Assembly (NCBI RefSeq): GCF_964355755.1
Contig: NC_092679.1
Coordinates: forward strand, 9,764,201-9,828,200
DNA length: 64,000 nt
DNA from: Antedon mediterranea
Lineage: Eukaryota; Animalia; Echinodermata
Reading direction: 5' to 3'
Shown here: piece by piece, positions 26,284 to 39,351 of the stretch
Layout: each line of letters starts with the position of its first letter
Numbering within the stretch: position 1 is the stretch's first letter
Notes under the pieces: model-generated
Seen by the model: only the letters and a program-made list of their open reading frames with translations
Told to the model about the DNA's origin: nothing
The model's database searches: none
Program-made: the position numbers and the translations under genes

Positions 26284-27338
26284 AACAAGCACGAATGTGC
26301 AATACTCGGGGTACAGCAAAAGAAGCTGTATACAGACGTATACAGTTAGAAAGTTAAAGCAAAATAGGTTTCGCCAGGGCTCGAACCGGGACCTTCTGCG
26401 TGTTAAGCAGACTTGACAACCACTACACTACGAAACCTCTTACATTAAAATTGTGGGTTACAGAAAGTTTTTTAATCCATTTAAATTACAAATAAATGGT
26501 AATAAGCACAAAGCAAAATAAACATGTGTAAAAGTGATAATTACCGATTACACAAAATAAGTATTTAAAAAAATAATAATAAGATATACTGTGTATAATT
26601 ATCATATTGCGTATACAGTACTTTTCACCATAAAGTTTAAAAAAAAAGGTTTAGCCCGGGCTCGAACCAGGTACCTTCTGCGTATTGAGCAAACGTGATA
26701 ACCACTACGCCAAGAAGCCGCATATAACTACATAACGCTGTGGTGTGTGTCACACATTGTGGCTTCTTAATTAAACAAATTAATTAACAAAAAAAGCACG
26801 AAAGACGAAAGACGCTGTATACAGACGTATACAGTTATTTCACAATAAAGTAAAAGAAACCCGAGGTTTCGCCAGGGCTCGAACCGGGACCTTCTGCGTG
26901 TTAAGCAGACTTGACAACCACTACACTACGAAAACCACTTACACTAAAAATGTGGGTTACAGAAAGTTTTTTAATCCATTTAAATTACAAATAAATATGG
27001 TAATAAGCACAAAGAAAAATAAACATGTGTAAAAGTGATAATTACCGATTACACAAAATAAGTATTTAAAAAAATAATAAAAATAATATATACTGTGTAT
27101 AATTATCATATTGCGTATAGAGTACTTTTCACCATAACGTTTAAAAAAAAGTTTCGTCCGGGCTCGAACCAGGTACCTTCTGCGTGTTAAGCAAACGTGA
27201 TAACCACTACGCCAAGAATCCGCATATAACCATATAACTATATAACGCTGTGGTGTGTGTCACACATTGTGGATTCTTAATTAAACAAATTAATTAACAA
27301 AAAATTAAAAATCCGGCTCTATAGCTTTGAGGACATGT
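26284..27338. mobile_element. tRNA-Val-bearing insert, copy 3
   Basis: Copy of 19138-20192 shifted by 7146 bp; tRNA-like copies at 26367, 26648, 26865 and 27150. Confidence 0.6.
26367..26437 (-). tRNA. tRNA-Val(AAC)-like gene, likely pseudogene
   Basis: Identical to 19221-19291. Confidence 0.65.
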
Positions 27339-30300
27339 CCCTCAAAATATCTCACTTTCAAAAACAATATTTATTTTCAATTAAAAAAAAAAGAAAAAAT
27401 ATACCCGTATAGGTTCGAACCCACTACTGAGAGCACTCAAACCTGAGCATTATCCGTTACGCCACAAACCAGTAGATGACTGAGGAGCTGATAATAGTCT
27501 ATTTATATGAAATGAATGATCAATCAATGAAAAATAATGTCATGCAAGTTTGTTTCTGATTAAAAAAAAGGTCCACTTGGTTAGGCTTGACATTTAAAAC
27601 CATAAAAATATCTCACTTTCAAAAACAATATTTATTTTCAAACAAAAAAAAAAGAAAAAAATATTCCTAGAGGTTCGAACCCACTACTGAGAGAACTCAA
27701 ACCTGAGCATTACCGGTTACGGCGCAAGCCAGTAGATGAGGGAAGAGCTGATAATAGTCTATTTATATGAAATGAATGATCCATCAATGTAAAATGATGT
27801 TATGCAACTTTGTTTCTGATTTTGAAAAAGGTCCACTTGGTTAGGCTTGAAATTTAAAACCATAAAAATATCTCACTTTCAAAAACAATATTTATTTTCA
27901 AATAAAAAAATATGAAAAAAAGTATCCCTAGAAGTTCGAACCCACTATTAAAATCACTCAAACCTGAGCATTACCCGTTACGCCGCAAACCAGTATATGA
28001 CTGAAGAGCTGATAATAGTCTATTTATATGAAATGAATGATCCATCAATGTAAAATGATGTTATGCAACTTTGTTTCTGATTTAAAAAACGGTCCACTTG
28101 GTTAGGCTTGACATTTAAAACCATAAAAATATCTCACTTTCAAAAACAATAATTATTTAAAAAAAAAAAAAAAAAGAAAAAAATATTCCTAGAGGTTCGA
28201 ACCCACTACTGAGAGAACTCAAACCTGAGCATTACCGGTTACGGCGCAAGCCAGTAGATGAGTGAAGAGCTGATAATAGTCTATTTATATGAAATGAATG
28301 ATCCATCAATGTAAAATGATGTTATGCAACTTTGTTTCTGATTTTAAAAAAGGTCCACTCGGTTAGGCTTGACATTTAAAACCATAAAAATATCTCACTT
28401 TCAAAAACAATATTTATTTTCAAATAAAAAAATATGAAAAAAAAGAACCCTAGAAGTTCGAACCCACTATTAAAATCACTCAAACCTGAGCATTACCCGT
28501 TACGCCACAAACCAGTAGATAAGTGAAGAGCTGATAATAGTCTATTTATATGAAATTAATGAACAATCAATGAAAAATAATGCCATGCAACTTTGTTTCT
28601 GATTTTAAAAAAAGGTTCATTTGTTTAGGCCTGACATTTACAACCCTCAAAATATCTCACTTTAAAAAAAAATATTTATTTTCAATTAAAAAAAAAATAA
28701 AAGAAAATCCCTAGAGGTTCGAACCCACTACTGCAAGCACTCAAACTTGAGCATTACCCGTTACACCTCAAACCAGTAGATAACTGAAGAGCTGATAATA
28801 GTCTATTTATATGAAATGAATAATAAATCAATGAAAAATAATGCCATGCAACTTTTTTTCTGATTTTAAAAAAGGTTCATTTGTTTAGGCCTGACATTTA
28901 CAATCCTCAAAATATCTCACTTTAAAAAACAATATTTATTTTCAATTAAAAAAAAAAGAAAAAATATACCCGTATAGGTTCGAACCCACTACTGAGAGCA
29001 CTCAAACCTGAACATTATCCGTTACGCCACAAACCAGTAGATGACTGAGTAGCTGATAATAGTCTATTTATATGAAATGAATGATCAATCAATGAAAAAT
29101 AATGCCATGCAACTTTGTTTCTGATTTAAAAAAAGGTCCACTTGGTTAGGCTTGACATTTAAAACCATAAAAATATCTCACTTTCAAAAACAATATTTAT
29201 TGTCAAATAAAAAAAAAAGACAAAAAATATTCGTAGAGGTTCGAACCCACTACTGCGAGAACTCAAACCTAAGCACTACCGGTTACGCCACAAACCAGTA
29301 GATGAGAGAAGAGCTAATAATAGTCTATTATATGAAATGAATGATCCATCAATGTAAAATGATGTTATGCAACTTTGTTTCTCATTTAAAAAAAGGTCCA
29401 CTTGGTTAGGCTTGACATTTAAAACCATAAAAATATCTCACTTTCAAAAACAATATTTATTTTCAAACAAAAAAAAAAGAAAAAAATATTCCTAGAGGTT
29501 CGAACCCACTACTGAGAGAACTCAAACCTGAGCATTACCGGTTACGGCGCAAGCCAGTAGATGAGTGAAGAGCTGATAATAGTCTATTTATATGAAATGA
29601 ATGATCCATCAATGTAAAATGATGTTATGCAACTTTGTTTCTGATTTTAAAAAAGGTCCACTTGGTCAGGCTTGACATTGAAAACCATACAAATATCTCA
29701 CTTTCAAAAACAATATTTATTTTCAAATAAAAAAATATGAAAAAAAGTATCCCTAGAAGTTCGAACCCACTATTAAAATCACTCAAACCTGAGCATTACC
29801 CATTACGCCGCAAACCAGTATATGACTGAAGAGCTGATAATAGTGTATTTATATGAAATGAATGATCCATCAATGTAAAATGATGTTATGCAACTTTGTT
29901 TCTGATTTAAAAAACGGTCCACTTGGTTAGGCTTGACATTTAAAACCATAAAAATATCTCACTTTCAAAAACAATATTTATTTTCACAAAAAAAAAAAAG
30001 AAAAAAATATTCCTAGAGGTTCGAACCCACTACTGAGAGAACTCAAACCTGAGCATTACCGGTTACGGCGCAAGCCAGTAGATGAGTGAAGAGCTGATAA
30101 TAGTCTATTTATATGAAATGAATGATCCATCAATGTAAAATGATGTTATGCAACTTTGTTTCTGATTTTAAAAAAGGTCCACTCGGTTAGGCTTGACATT
30201 TAAAACCATAAAAATATCTCACTTTCAAAAACAATATTTATTTTCAAATAAAAAAATATGAAAAAAAAGAACCCTAGAAGTTCGAACCCACTATTAAAAT

Positions 30301-33300
30301 CACTCAAACCTGACCATTACCCGTTACGCCACAAACCAGTAGATAAGTGAAGAGCTGATAAAAGTCTATTTATATGAAATTAATGATCAATCAATGAAAA
30401 ATATGCCATGCAACTTTGTTTCTGATTTTAAAAAAAGGTTCATTTGTTTAGGTCTGACATTTACAACCCTCAAAATATCTCACTTTAAAAAAAAATATTT
30501 ATTTTCAATTAAAAAAAAAATAAAAGAAAATTCCTAGAGGTTCGAACCCACTACTGCAAGCACTCAAACTTGAGCATTACCCGTTACACCTCAAACCAGT
30601 AGATAACTGAAGAGCTGATAATAGTCTATTTATATGAAATGAATAATAAATCAATGAAAAATAATGCCATGCAACTTTTTTTCTGATTTTAAAAAAGGTT
30701 CATTTGTTTAGGCCTGACATTTACAATCCTCAAAATATCTCACTTTCAAAAACAATATTTATTTTCAATTAAAAAAAAAAGAAAAAATATACCCGTATAG
30801 GTTCGAACCCACTACTGAGAGCACTCAAACCTGAACATTATCCGTTACGCCACAAACCAGTAGATGACTGAGTAGCTGATAATAGTCTATTTATATGAAA
30901 TGAATGATCAATCAATTTAAAATGATGTTATGCAACTTTGTTTCTGATTTAAAAAAAGGTCCACTTGGTTAGGCTTGACATTTAAAACCATAAAAATATC
31001 TCACTTTCAAAAACAATATTTATTTTCAAACAAAAAAAAAAGAAAAAAATATTCCTAGAGGTTTGAACCCACTACTGAGAGAACTCAAACCTGAGCATTA
31101 CCGGTTACGGCGCAAGCCAGTAGATGAGTGAAGAGCTGATAATAGTCTATTTATATGAAATGAATGATCCATCAATGTAAAATGATGTTATGCAACTTTG
31201 TTTCTGATTTTAAAAAAGGTCCACTTGGTTAGGCTTGACATTTAAAACCATAAAAATATCTCACTTTCAAAAACAATATTTATTTTCAAATAAAAAAATA
31301 TGAAAAAAAGTATCCCTAGAAGTTCGAACCCACTATTAAAATCACTCAAACCTGAGCATTACCCGTTACGCCGCAAACCAGTATATGACTGAAGAGCTGA
31401 TAATAGTCTATTTATATGAAATGGATGATCAATCAATGAAAAATAATGCCATGCAACTTTGTTTCTGATTTCAAAAAAGGTTCACTTGTTTAGGCCTGAC
31501 AGTTGCAACCCTCAAAATATCTCACTTTCAAAAACAATATTTATATTCAATTAAAAAAAAAAAGAAAAAAAATACCCGTATATGGTTCGAACCCACTACT
31601 GAGAGCACTCAAACCTGAGCATTACCCGTTACGCCTCAAACCAGTAGATGACTGAATTAAATTGCTGATAATACTCTATTTATATGAAATGAATAATAAA
31701 TCAATGAAAAATAATGCCATGCAACTTTTTTTTCTGATTTTAAAAAAAGGTTCACTTGTTTAGGCCTGACATTTACAACCCTCAAAATATCTCATTTCAA
31801 AAACAATATTTATTTTAAATTAAAAAAAAATAAAAGAAACAAAATATCCGTAGAGGTTCGAACCCACTAGTGAGAGCACTCAAACTTGAGCATTACCCGT
31901 TACGCCACAAACCAGTAGATGACTGAAGAGCTGATAATACTCTATTTATATGAAATAAATAATAAATCAATGAAAAATAATGCCATGCAACTTTGTTTCT
32001 GATTTTAAAAAAGGTCCACTTGTTTAGGCCTGATATTTGCAACCCTCAAAATATCTCACTTTCAAAAACAATATTTATTTTCAATTTAAAAAAAAAAAAT
32101 CTCTAGAGGTTCGAACCCACTACTGAGAGCATTCAAACCTGAGCATTATCCGTTACGCCACAAACCAGTAGATGACTGAGGAGCTGATAATAGTCTATTT
32201 TGATGGAATGAATGATCAATCAATGAAAAATAATGCCATGCAACTTTGTTTCTGATTTTAAAAAAGGTCCACTTGTTTAGGCCTGACATTTACAACACTC
32301 AAAATATCTCACTTTCAAAAACAATATTTATTTTCAATTAAAAAAAAAGAAAGAAAAAAAATATTCGTGGAGGTTCGAACCCACTACTGCGAGAACTCAA
32401 ACCTAAGCACTACCGGTTACGCCACAAACCAGTAGATGAGTGAAGAGCTGATAATAGTCTATTTATATGAAATGAATGATCCATCAATGTAAAATGATGT
32501 TATGCAACTTTGTTTCTGATTTAAAAAAAGGTCCACTTGGTTAGGCTTGACATTTAAAACCATAAAAATATCTCACTTTCAAAAACAATATTTATTTTCA
32601 AACAAAAAAAAAGAAAAAAATATTCCTAGAGGTTCGAACCCACTACTGAGAGAACTCAAACCTGAGCATTACCGGTTACGGCGCAAGCCAGTAGATGAGT
32701 GAAGAGCTGATAATAGTCTATTTATATGAAATGAATGATCCATCAATGTAAAATGATGTTATGCAACTTTGTTTCTGATTTTAAAAAAGGTCCACTCGGT
32801 TAGGCTTGACATTTAAAACCATAAAAATATCTCACTTTCAAAAACAATATTTATTTTCAAATAAAAAAATATGAAAAAAAAAACCCTAGAAGTTCGAACC
32901 CACTATTAAAATCACTCAAACCTGAGCATTACCCGTTACGCCACAAACCAGTAGATGACCGAAAAGCTGATAATACTCTATTTATATGAAATAAATAATA
33001 AATCAATGAAAAATAATGCCATGCAACTTTGTTTCTGATTTTAAAAAAAGGTTCATTTGTTTAGGCCTGACATTTACAACCCTCAAAATATCTCACTTTC
33101 AAAAACAATATTTATTTTCAGTTAAAAAAAAAAGAAAAAAAAATACCCGTATAGGTTCGAACCCACTACTGAGAGCACACAAACCTGAGTTTTACCCGTT
33201 ACGCCACAAACCAGTAGATGACTGAGGAGCTGATAATAATCTATATATATATATGAAATGAATGATCAATCAATTAAAAATAATGCCATGAAACTTTGTT

Positions 33301-34717
33301 TCTGATTTTAAAAAAGGTCCACTTGTTTAGACCTGACATTTACAACCCTCAAAATATCTCACTTTCAAAAACCATATTTATTTTCAATTTAAAAAAAAAA
33401 GAAAAAAAATATACCTAGAGGTTCGCCCCACTACGCAGAGCACTCAAACCTGAGCATTACCCGTTACGCCACAAACCAGTAGATGACTGAAGAGCTCATA
33501 ATAGTCTATTTATATGAAATGAATGATCAATCAATGAAAAATAATGCCATGCAACTTTGTTTCTGATTTTTAAAAAGATCCATTTGTTTAGGCCTGACAT
33601 TCACAACCCTCAAAATATCTCATTTTCAAAAAAAATATTTATTTACAATAAGAAAAAAAAAGCAATATCCCTAGAGGTTGGAACCCGCTACTGAGAGCAC
33701 TCAAACCTGGGTATTACCCGTTACGCCACAAACCAGTAGATAACTGAAAAGTTGATAATAGTCTATTTATATGAAATTAATGATCAATCAATGAAAAATA
33801 ATGCCATGCAATTTTTTTTCTGATTTTTAAAAAGGTACATTTGTTTAGGCCTGACATTTACAACCCTCAAAATATCTCACTTTCAAAAAAAATATTTATT
33901 TTCAATTAAAAAAAAAAAGAAAAGAAATATCCCTAGAGGTTCGAAGCCACTACTGCAAGCACTCAAACTTGAGCATTACCCGTTACGCCTCAAACCAGTA
34001 GATTACTGAAGAGCTGATAATACTCTATTTATATGAAATGAATAATAAATCAATGAAAAATAATGCCATGCAACTTTGTTTCTGATTTTAAAAAAGGTTC
34101 ACTTGTTTAGGCCTGACATTTACAACCCTCAAAATATCTCACTTTCAAAAACAATATTTATTTTCAATTAAAAAAAAAAAGAAACAAAATATCCGTAGAG
34201 GTTTGATCCCACTAGTGAGAGCACTCAAACTTGAGCATTATCCGTTACGCCACAAACCAGTAGATGACTAAGAGCTGATAATAGTCTCTTTATATGAAAT
34301 GAATGATCAATCAATGAAAAACAATGCTATGCAACTTTATTTCTGATTTTAAAAAAAGGTCCACTTGGTTAGGCATGACATTTACAACCATAAAATATAT
34401 CTTTAAAAAACAATATTTATTTTCAATAAAAAAAAAGAAAACAATTTCCCGTAGAGGTTTGAACCCACTAGTGAGAGCACTCAAACCTGAGCATTACTCG
34501 TTACGCCACAAACCAGTAGATGACTGAAGAGCTGATAATAATCTATTTATATGAAATGAATGATCAATCATTGAAAAATAATGCCATGCAACTTTGTTTC
34601 TGATTTTAAAAAAGGTTCACTTGTTGAGGCCTGACATTTACAACCCTTATTTATAAGTGTATTACGTAATTCATCATTACGTCATAAATATCATATTAAC
34701 CTTGTTAAAACCAAAAT

Positions 34718-34965
34718 GGTCAGTTAGCTCAGACGACTGAGCGTCATGTTGACAACACGTATGTCGTGGGTTCGATTCCCACGCTGGTCGGTGGAATAGA
34801 GTTAAAGGTATGCGACCAACTCTGTTTGGGGTTCACAGAATTTACGTCCCCCTTTCCACCACACATCTTGAGAAGGCACTAGCAATGCATCTGGTGATGA
34901 TGTGGTGGAAACGACCCCAAGGCTGTGGCAGGGCCTTAGTGCTGAGGCAGGGAGAGCACATTTTT
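34718..34965 (+). ncRNA. tRNA-headed structured Pol III transcript (SINE-like or unknown ncRNA)
   Basis: tRNA-like 34718-34790 (D stem GCTC/GAGC, GAC in the anticodon loop, T arm GTGGG-TTCGATT-CCCAC), then a multi-hairpin body and TTTTT at 34961. Confidence 0.6.
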
Positions 34966-35292
34966 AAAATTTTTTTTGGCTTTCGCTGCATGTATTTGAT
35001 CTCGTATATTTTATGTTTAGCGCCCTCAATTTAATGTAAAAAGAAATTAATTTATCTTCGTTACGTACCTAATCATTTTTTCAGGGGACAATATATCTTT
35101 AAGATAATAACAATTATTGCAGAAATAATAATTATTTGAAAAAAAAAATTTAAAGAACTGACTACAAAAGATTGCTCACGTTAGTTTTATTATAACAGTC
35201 ATCCACCCTGCGAAACCTAATTACCTTTAACCTACAGTAGTAAGTAGGCCAGGTAGCCTACGTTGGCTAGGTTGAGGACTGATTGCCCATAA

Positions 35293-35529
35293 AACATTCG
35301 ATGTATAAATATCAACACCCCAGACAGTGTAATAATGACCTTTCTAGACCGAAAACCATTCTGGTTTGACTGAGGGTCTGGGCTTCTCCAAGATTACGCA
35401 AGTTGTCTAGGACCTCTTCAGGTAAAGCTTCAATAATGGGGCTATTCGATTCGATTCGAACATTCGATGTATAAATATCAACACCCCAGACAGTGTAATA
35501 ATGACCTTTCCAGACCGAAAACCATTCTG
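35293..35529. repeat. 71-bp direct repeat pair
   Basis: AACATTCGATGTATAAATATC...AAAACCATTCTG at 35293-35363 and 35459-35529. Confidence 0.9.
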
Positions 35530-36739
35530 CCCGAAATTACGATACTCTCTCGATAAAATTCCATATTTTATTAGTGGAAAATGCATTTATTTAACATCAA
35601 TCTTATCTAGCCACCCAAAAACTGAATACGTACATTAAAAGTACAAAGAACAATGTAAACCTATAAACAATTATTTGCAATTAGCAATGTATAATAAATA
35701 AAATCAACGATGGAGAAGGTGGAAAGGTTATATACACTGCCATGGGAATGGATACTTGAGAGGCGCCATATGTCAGTTGTGTGAACACCCATATAACTAT
35801 TTGGTCAAAGTTGAATTATATCATTCGAGGGTTTAAATATATAATAATATGCAACCGAGAGTAAAATTAATAGTTAAACGTAAATTTGAAATTAAATTTA
35901 ACTTTTTAACGACAATTTGCAATAGCATAATCTATGGCGTACCAAACTGTCATTTATTTAGGCAACTAAAATATCTTAGTTTTTAATAGATGTAGTTAGT
36001 TTACAATATAGATCTTAGGTTCCAATAGAGATATATCCCTGTTTATAACCAAGATATCTTTTCAATAAAGAGATCTCTATTATTCCAATTAGAGACAATT
36101 AATATAATATGTCTTAAGAGATATATCATAGTTTTGTTCCCTTGAGTTAGGCCTATTAGTAATTTAGTATTCCTATCAAATAAACTTGGTAGCCTATATA
36201 GACGAAGAAATTCCCATAAGAATATATAGGCCTATACTAACTATTATATTATAATAAATGTATTAACTAAAATCATTTCATTACTACTCAACTTATCAGA
36301 TGTTATCGTAAATAGTGTTGTCATTTTTTTAATCAATATTATCGGTATCGATATAAATCTTCAACCATCTTTAATATTTATTACCAAAATTGGTAGGCAT
36401 ATAGGGCTACGTGTTCCGTTTTTCTGAATCGGAAATAATTTTAAGTGTACAATAATATTGTTATACGTCAGTATAAACTGTACTTATACTCGACTCAAAG
36501 TATTCAAGTTCCATATTAGACTGTTGCTTAATTAGTTTGCTTTTACTCACGGTAGATTAATTAGATTCCTTTACCTATTAACAATTTGTTGGCACCGGTT
36601 TAGAGGAGGTTGTAAAATGATATTCGCGCGCTGTTTGATCGTAGGCCTATAACTGTCAATCTTCGAGTTTCCAATAACAACCCCGCCTTCTAATTTAAAT
36701 GTTAAAACGTTTTGTCCCACGCTTGAGTAGGCTCGGCTA

Positions 36740-37272
36740 ACAAAATTCATTTTGTTGCAACAAAACGAATTTTGTCTACACAGAATGAATTTTGTCTACA
36801 CAGAATGAATTTTGTCTACACAGAATAAATTTTGTCTACACAGAATACATTTTGTCGCCACAAAATGAATTTTGTCCACGCAGAATTAATTTTGTCTACA
36901 CAGAATTAATTTTGTCAACACAAAATGAATTTTGTCGTTACAGAATGAATTTTGTCGCCACAAAATGAATTTTGTCGTTACAGAATGAATTTTGTCTACA
37001 CAGAATTAATTTTGTCAACACAGAATTAATTTTGTCTACACAGAATGAATTTTGTTTACACAGAATTAATTTAGTCGAGACAAAATGAATTTTTTCAAGA
37101 CAAAATTAATTTTGTCCACACAGAATAAATTTTGTCAACACAAAATGAATTTTGTCAATACAAAATGAATTTTGTGTTGACAAAATGAATTTTGTATTGA
37201 CAAAATGAATTTTGTGTAGACAAAATTGTAATATTTCGACAAAATTCGCAATGTCCCATACGGCGCCCCGTA
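36740..37272. repeat. 20-bp quasi-palindromic minisatellite ending in a GC-rich putative transposon terminus
   Basis: ACARAATGAATTTTGT plus a 4-bp spacer, repeated ~25 times; ends ...ATACGGCGCCCCGTA. Confidence 0.85.
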
Positions 37273-37456
37273 CTAAATCACTTGGATCTAGCAATGGGTT
37301 CTTTCCTTTTATATGAGTTCCTTGTTTATCACTATGAGTTCAACACCAAATAAAAGTCCAAATATTTTCAAATAATAACAACAATTAAGAGATATCTTTC
37401 AAGTAGCGTACTGGTTGCGCTTCATTGTTCCTAGATTGCATTAACCAGATTTCTTC
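37273..37456. repeat. Unique leader preceding the 19-bp satellite, copy 1
   Basis: Matches 44323-44524 apart from substitutions and a ~17-bp indel. Confidence 0.9.
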
Positions 37457-38120
37457 GATCTATCTCTCTCTCGCTGATCTATCTCTATCTCTCTCTCGCT
37501 GATCTATCTCTCTCTCGCTGACCTATCTCTCTCTCGCTGATCTATCTCTTTCTCGCTGATCTATCTCTCTCTTGCTGATCTATCTCTCTCCCTCTCTCGC
37601 TGAACTATCTCTCTCTCGCTGAATTATCTCTCTCTCGCTGATCTATCTCTCTTTCTCTCGCTGATCTATCTCTCTCTCTCGCTGATCTATCTCTCTCTCG
37701 CTGATCTATCTCTCTCTCGCTAATCTATCTCTCTCTCACTGATCTATTTCTCTCTCGCTGATCTATCTCTCTCTCGCTGATCTATCTCTCTCTCGCTCAT
37801 CTATCTCTCTCGCTGACCTATCTCTCTCTCGCTGATCTATCTCTCTCTCGCTGATCTATCTCTCTCTCGCTGATCTATCTCTCTCTCGCTGATCTATCTC
37901 TCTCTCGCTGATCTATCTCTCTCTCGCTGATCTATCTCTCTCTCGCTGATCTATCTCTCTCGCTGATCTATCTCTCTCTCTCTCTCTCGCCGATCTCTCT
38001 CTCTCTCTCTCTCTCCCCCGCTGATCTATCTCTCTCGCTGATCTCTCTCTCTCTCTCGCTGATCTATCTCTCTCTCGCTGATCTATCTCTCTCGCTGATC
38101 TATCTCTCTCTCGCTGATCT
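37457..38120. repeat. 19-bp pyrimidine-rich satellite CGCTGATCTA(TC)n, short block
   Basis: Period 19 (37811, 37830, 37849); the (TC)n length varies. Confidence 0.97.
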
Positions 38121-38277
38121 ATAATAATAATAATAATAACAGGGTTTTTATAGCGCACATACCACTCAAGAGTGCTCAAGGCGCATTCAAAAAAAAAAAT
38201 TAAAACAAATCATACAAATGCCTGACAAATAAAATGCAATTTCTTTGGAGGGTCCCCATCCGTTCTCGTTCTGTCGC

Positions 38278-39223
38278 GGTCCCGGACGCGATTTTTTTTT
38301 CGTACATAAGTTGGGGACCCCCTCATGAAACGTCACAAAATAAACATGAATAATTCATCAGTTAAATTTTCTTGTTCCGTGTGCACCCAAGCGTATAGCA
38401 ACAAGAAGTGATTACACAAGTGCGGTACGATTCTAGGCCTCCTATCTCCGCTGTTGTTGCGGCGTGCGATTTCATAGAAGAATAGCCGCGTTTTGTGTGG
38501 ATTGTCGAAATAATTAGCCTTTAGTTTATGGTGCTTTTAATATAATTTATTACTAACGAATTACGTGTTAAAATTATAGTTTCTATTAATACTATTAGGC
38601 CTAATTATTAGTCTCTAAACCCATGTCTATTTTAGTAGTAGCTGTGTGGGTGTGTTTGACGTGTGTGTGTTAGGTATGACCAAAGATAGTTACACTATCT
38701 TTGGTATGACACAATCCGAGTAATAAGTCCGCAAAATTAAAAAATAAACATTACACAAAAATACATTTTTTATTCTCGTGGGTCAAATCTTCCCATCTCA
38801 TGTGTACGCGCATTTTTAAAGTTCCTTTGAGTACATGCATATTGTTTGATAATAAAATAGCAGAATTAAAAAAATACAGTACACAAATTATACACATTTT
38901 TTATTCTTGTGGGTCTAAGCTTTCTTTGGGCAATGTCCAATGAATTACTACTTAGTTTAATGTCTTGCCTAGCTGTCGATTAGCCTCGACTCGACACATT
39001 TTGTGTGAAGAAGAGTGCGCGAAGGCAATCACGTGAATTGACTTACAATCCTAGGCCTACTGTAGAAAGTATCGTATCGCAGTTGTGTAATCACTTCTTG
39101 TTGCTATACGCTTGGGTGCACACGGAACAACAAATTTAACTGATGAATTATTCATGTTTATTTTGTGACGTTTCATGAGGGGTCTCCAACTTATGTACGA
39201 AAAAAAAAATCGCGTCCCGGACC
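38278..39223. mobile_element. MITE with ~150-bp TIRs inserted in the L2 3' UTR
   Basis: 38278-38431 is the reverse complement of 39071-39223; termini GGTCC/GGACC; no TSD recognised. Confidence 0.88.
38674..38710. mobile_element. 23-bp palindromic insert with a 7-bp TSD (transposon footprint)
   Basis: GTATGAC-[CAAAGATAGT TAC ACTATCTTTG]-GTATGAC. Confidence 0.7.
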
Positions 39224-39351
39224 CCTACCTAGATGACCAAACCAAGGAACAGGATACACATTTGCCTTGCCACAGACGACCGGGTGCTCAGAGAACAACC
39301 AAGATAAGATAATGCTGGTCAGGAAAAAGTATACTATAAAATTCTAGAACT

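Larger units (their letters stand above)
17668..28386. repeat. Three tandem, apparently identical 3573-bp higher-order units
   Basis: Unit starts at 17668, 21241 and 24814. Identical ORF-track entries at 18079, 21652 and 25225. Confidence 0.95.
11366..34647 (-). repeat. ~261-bp tRNA-derived satellite (roughly 60 monomers, interrupted by a LINE and three 1-kb inserts)
   Basis: TCTCACTTT recurs at 11381, 11643 and 11905. The minus strand of each unit reads GGTTTGTGGCGTAACGGGTAATG...GTGGGTTCGAACC (A and B boxes). Confidence 0.95.

Noticed and set aside
17094-34527. Repeated 60-80 aa ORFs (MFLILKK..., MPCNFVSDF...)
   Set aside because: Chance frames through satellite monomers, broken by variable A-runs; no protein features.
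34840-34920. Hammerhead ribozyme (CTGGTGA...GAAAC)
   Set aside because: The core deviates from CUGANGA, and stems I and II cannot be formed.
34810-35034. 74-aa ORF
   Set aside because: Overlaps the structured RNA body and T-run; no coding signature.
36740-37250. Palindromic repeat-spacer array as a CRISPR
   Set aside because: Spacers are only 4 bp and recur; eukaryotic context with no cas genes.
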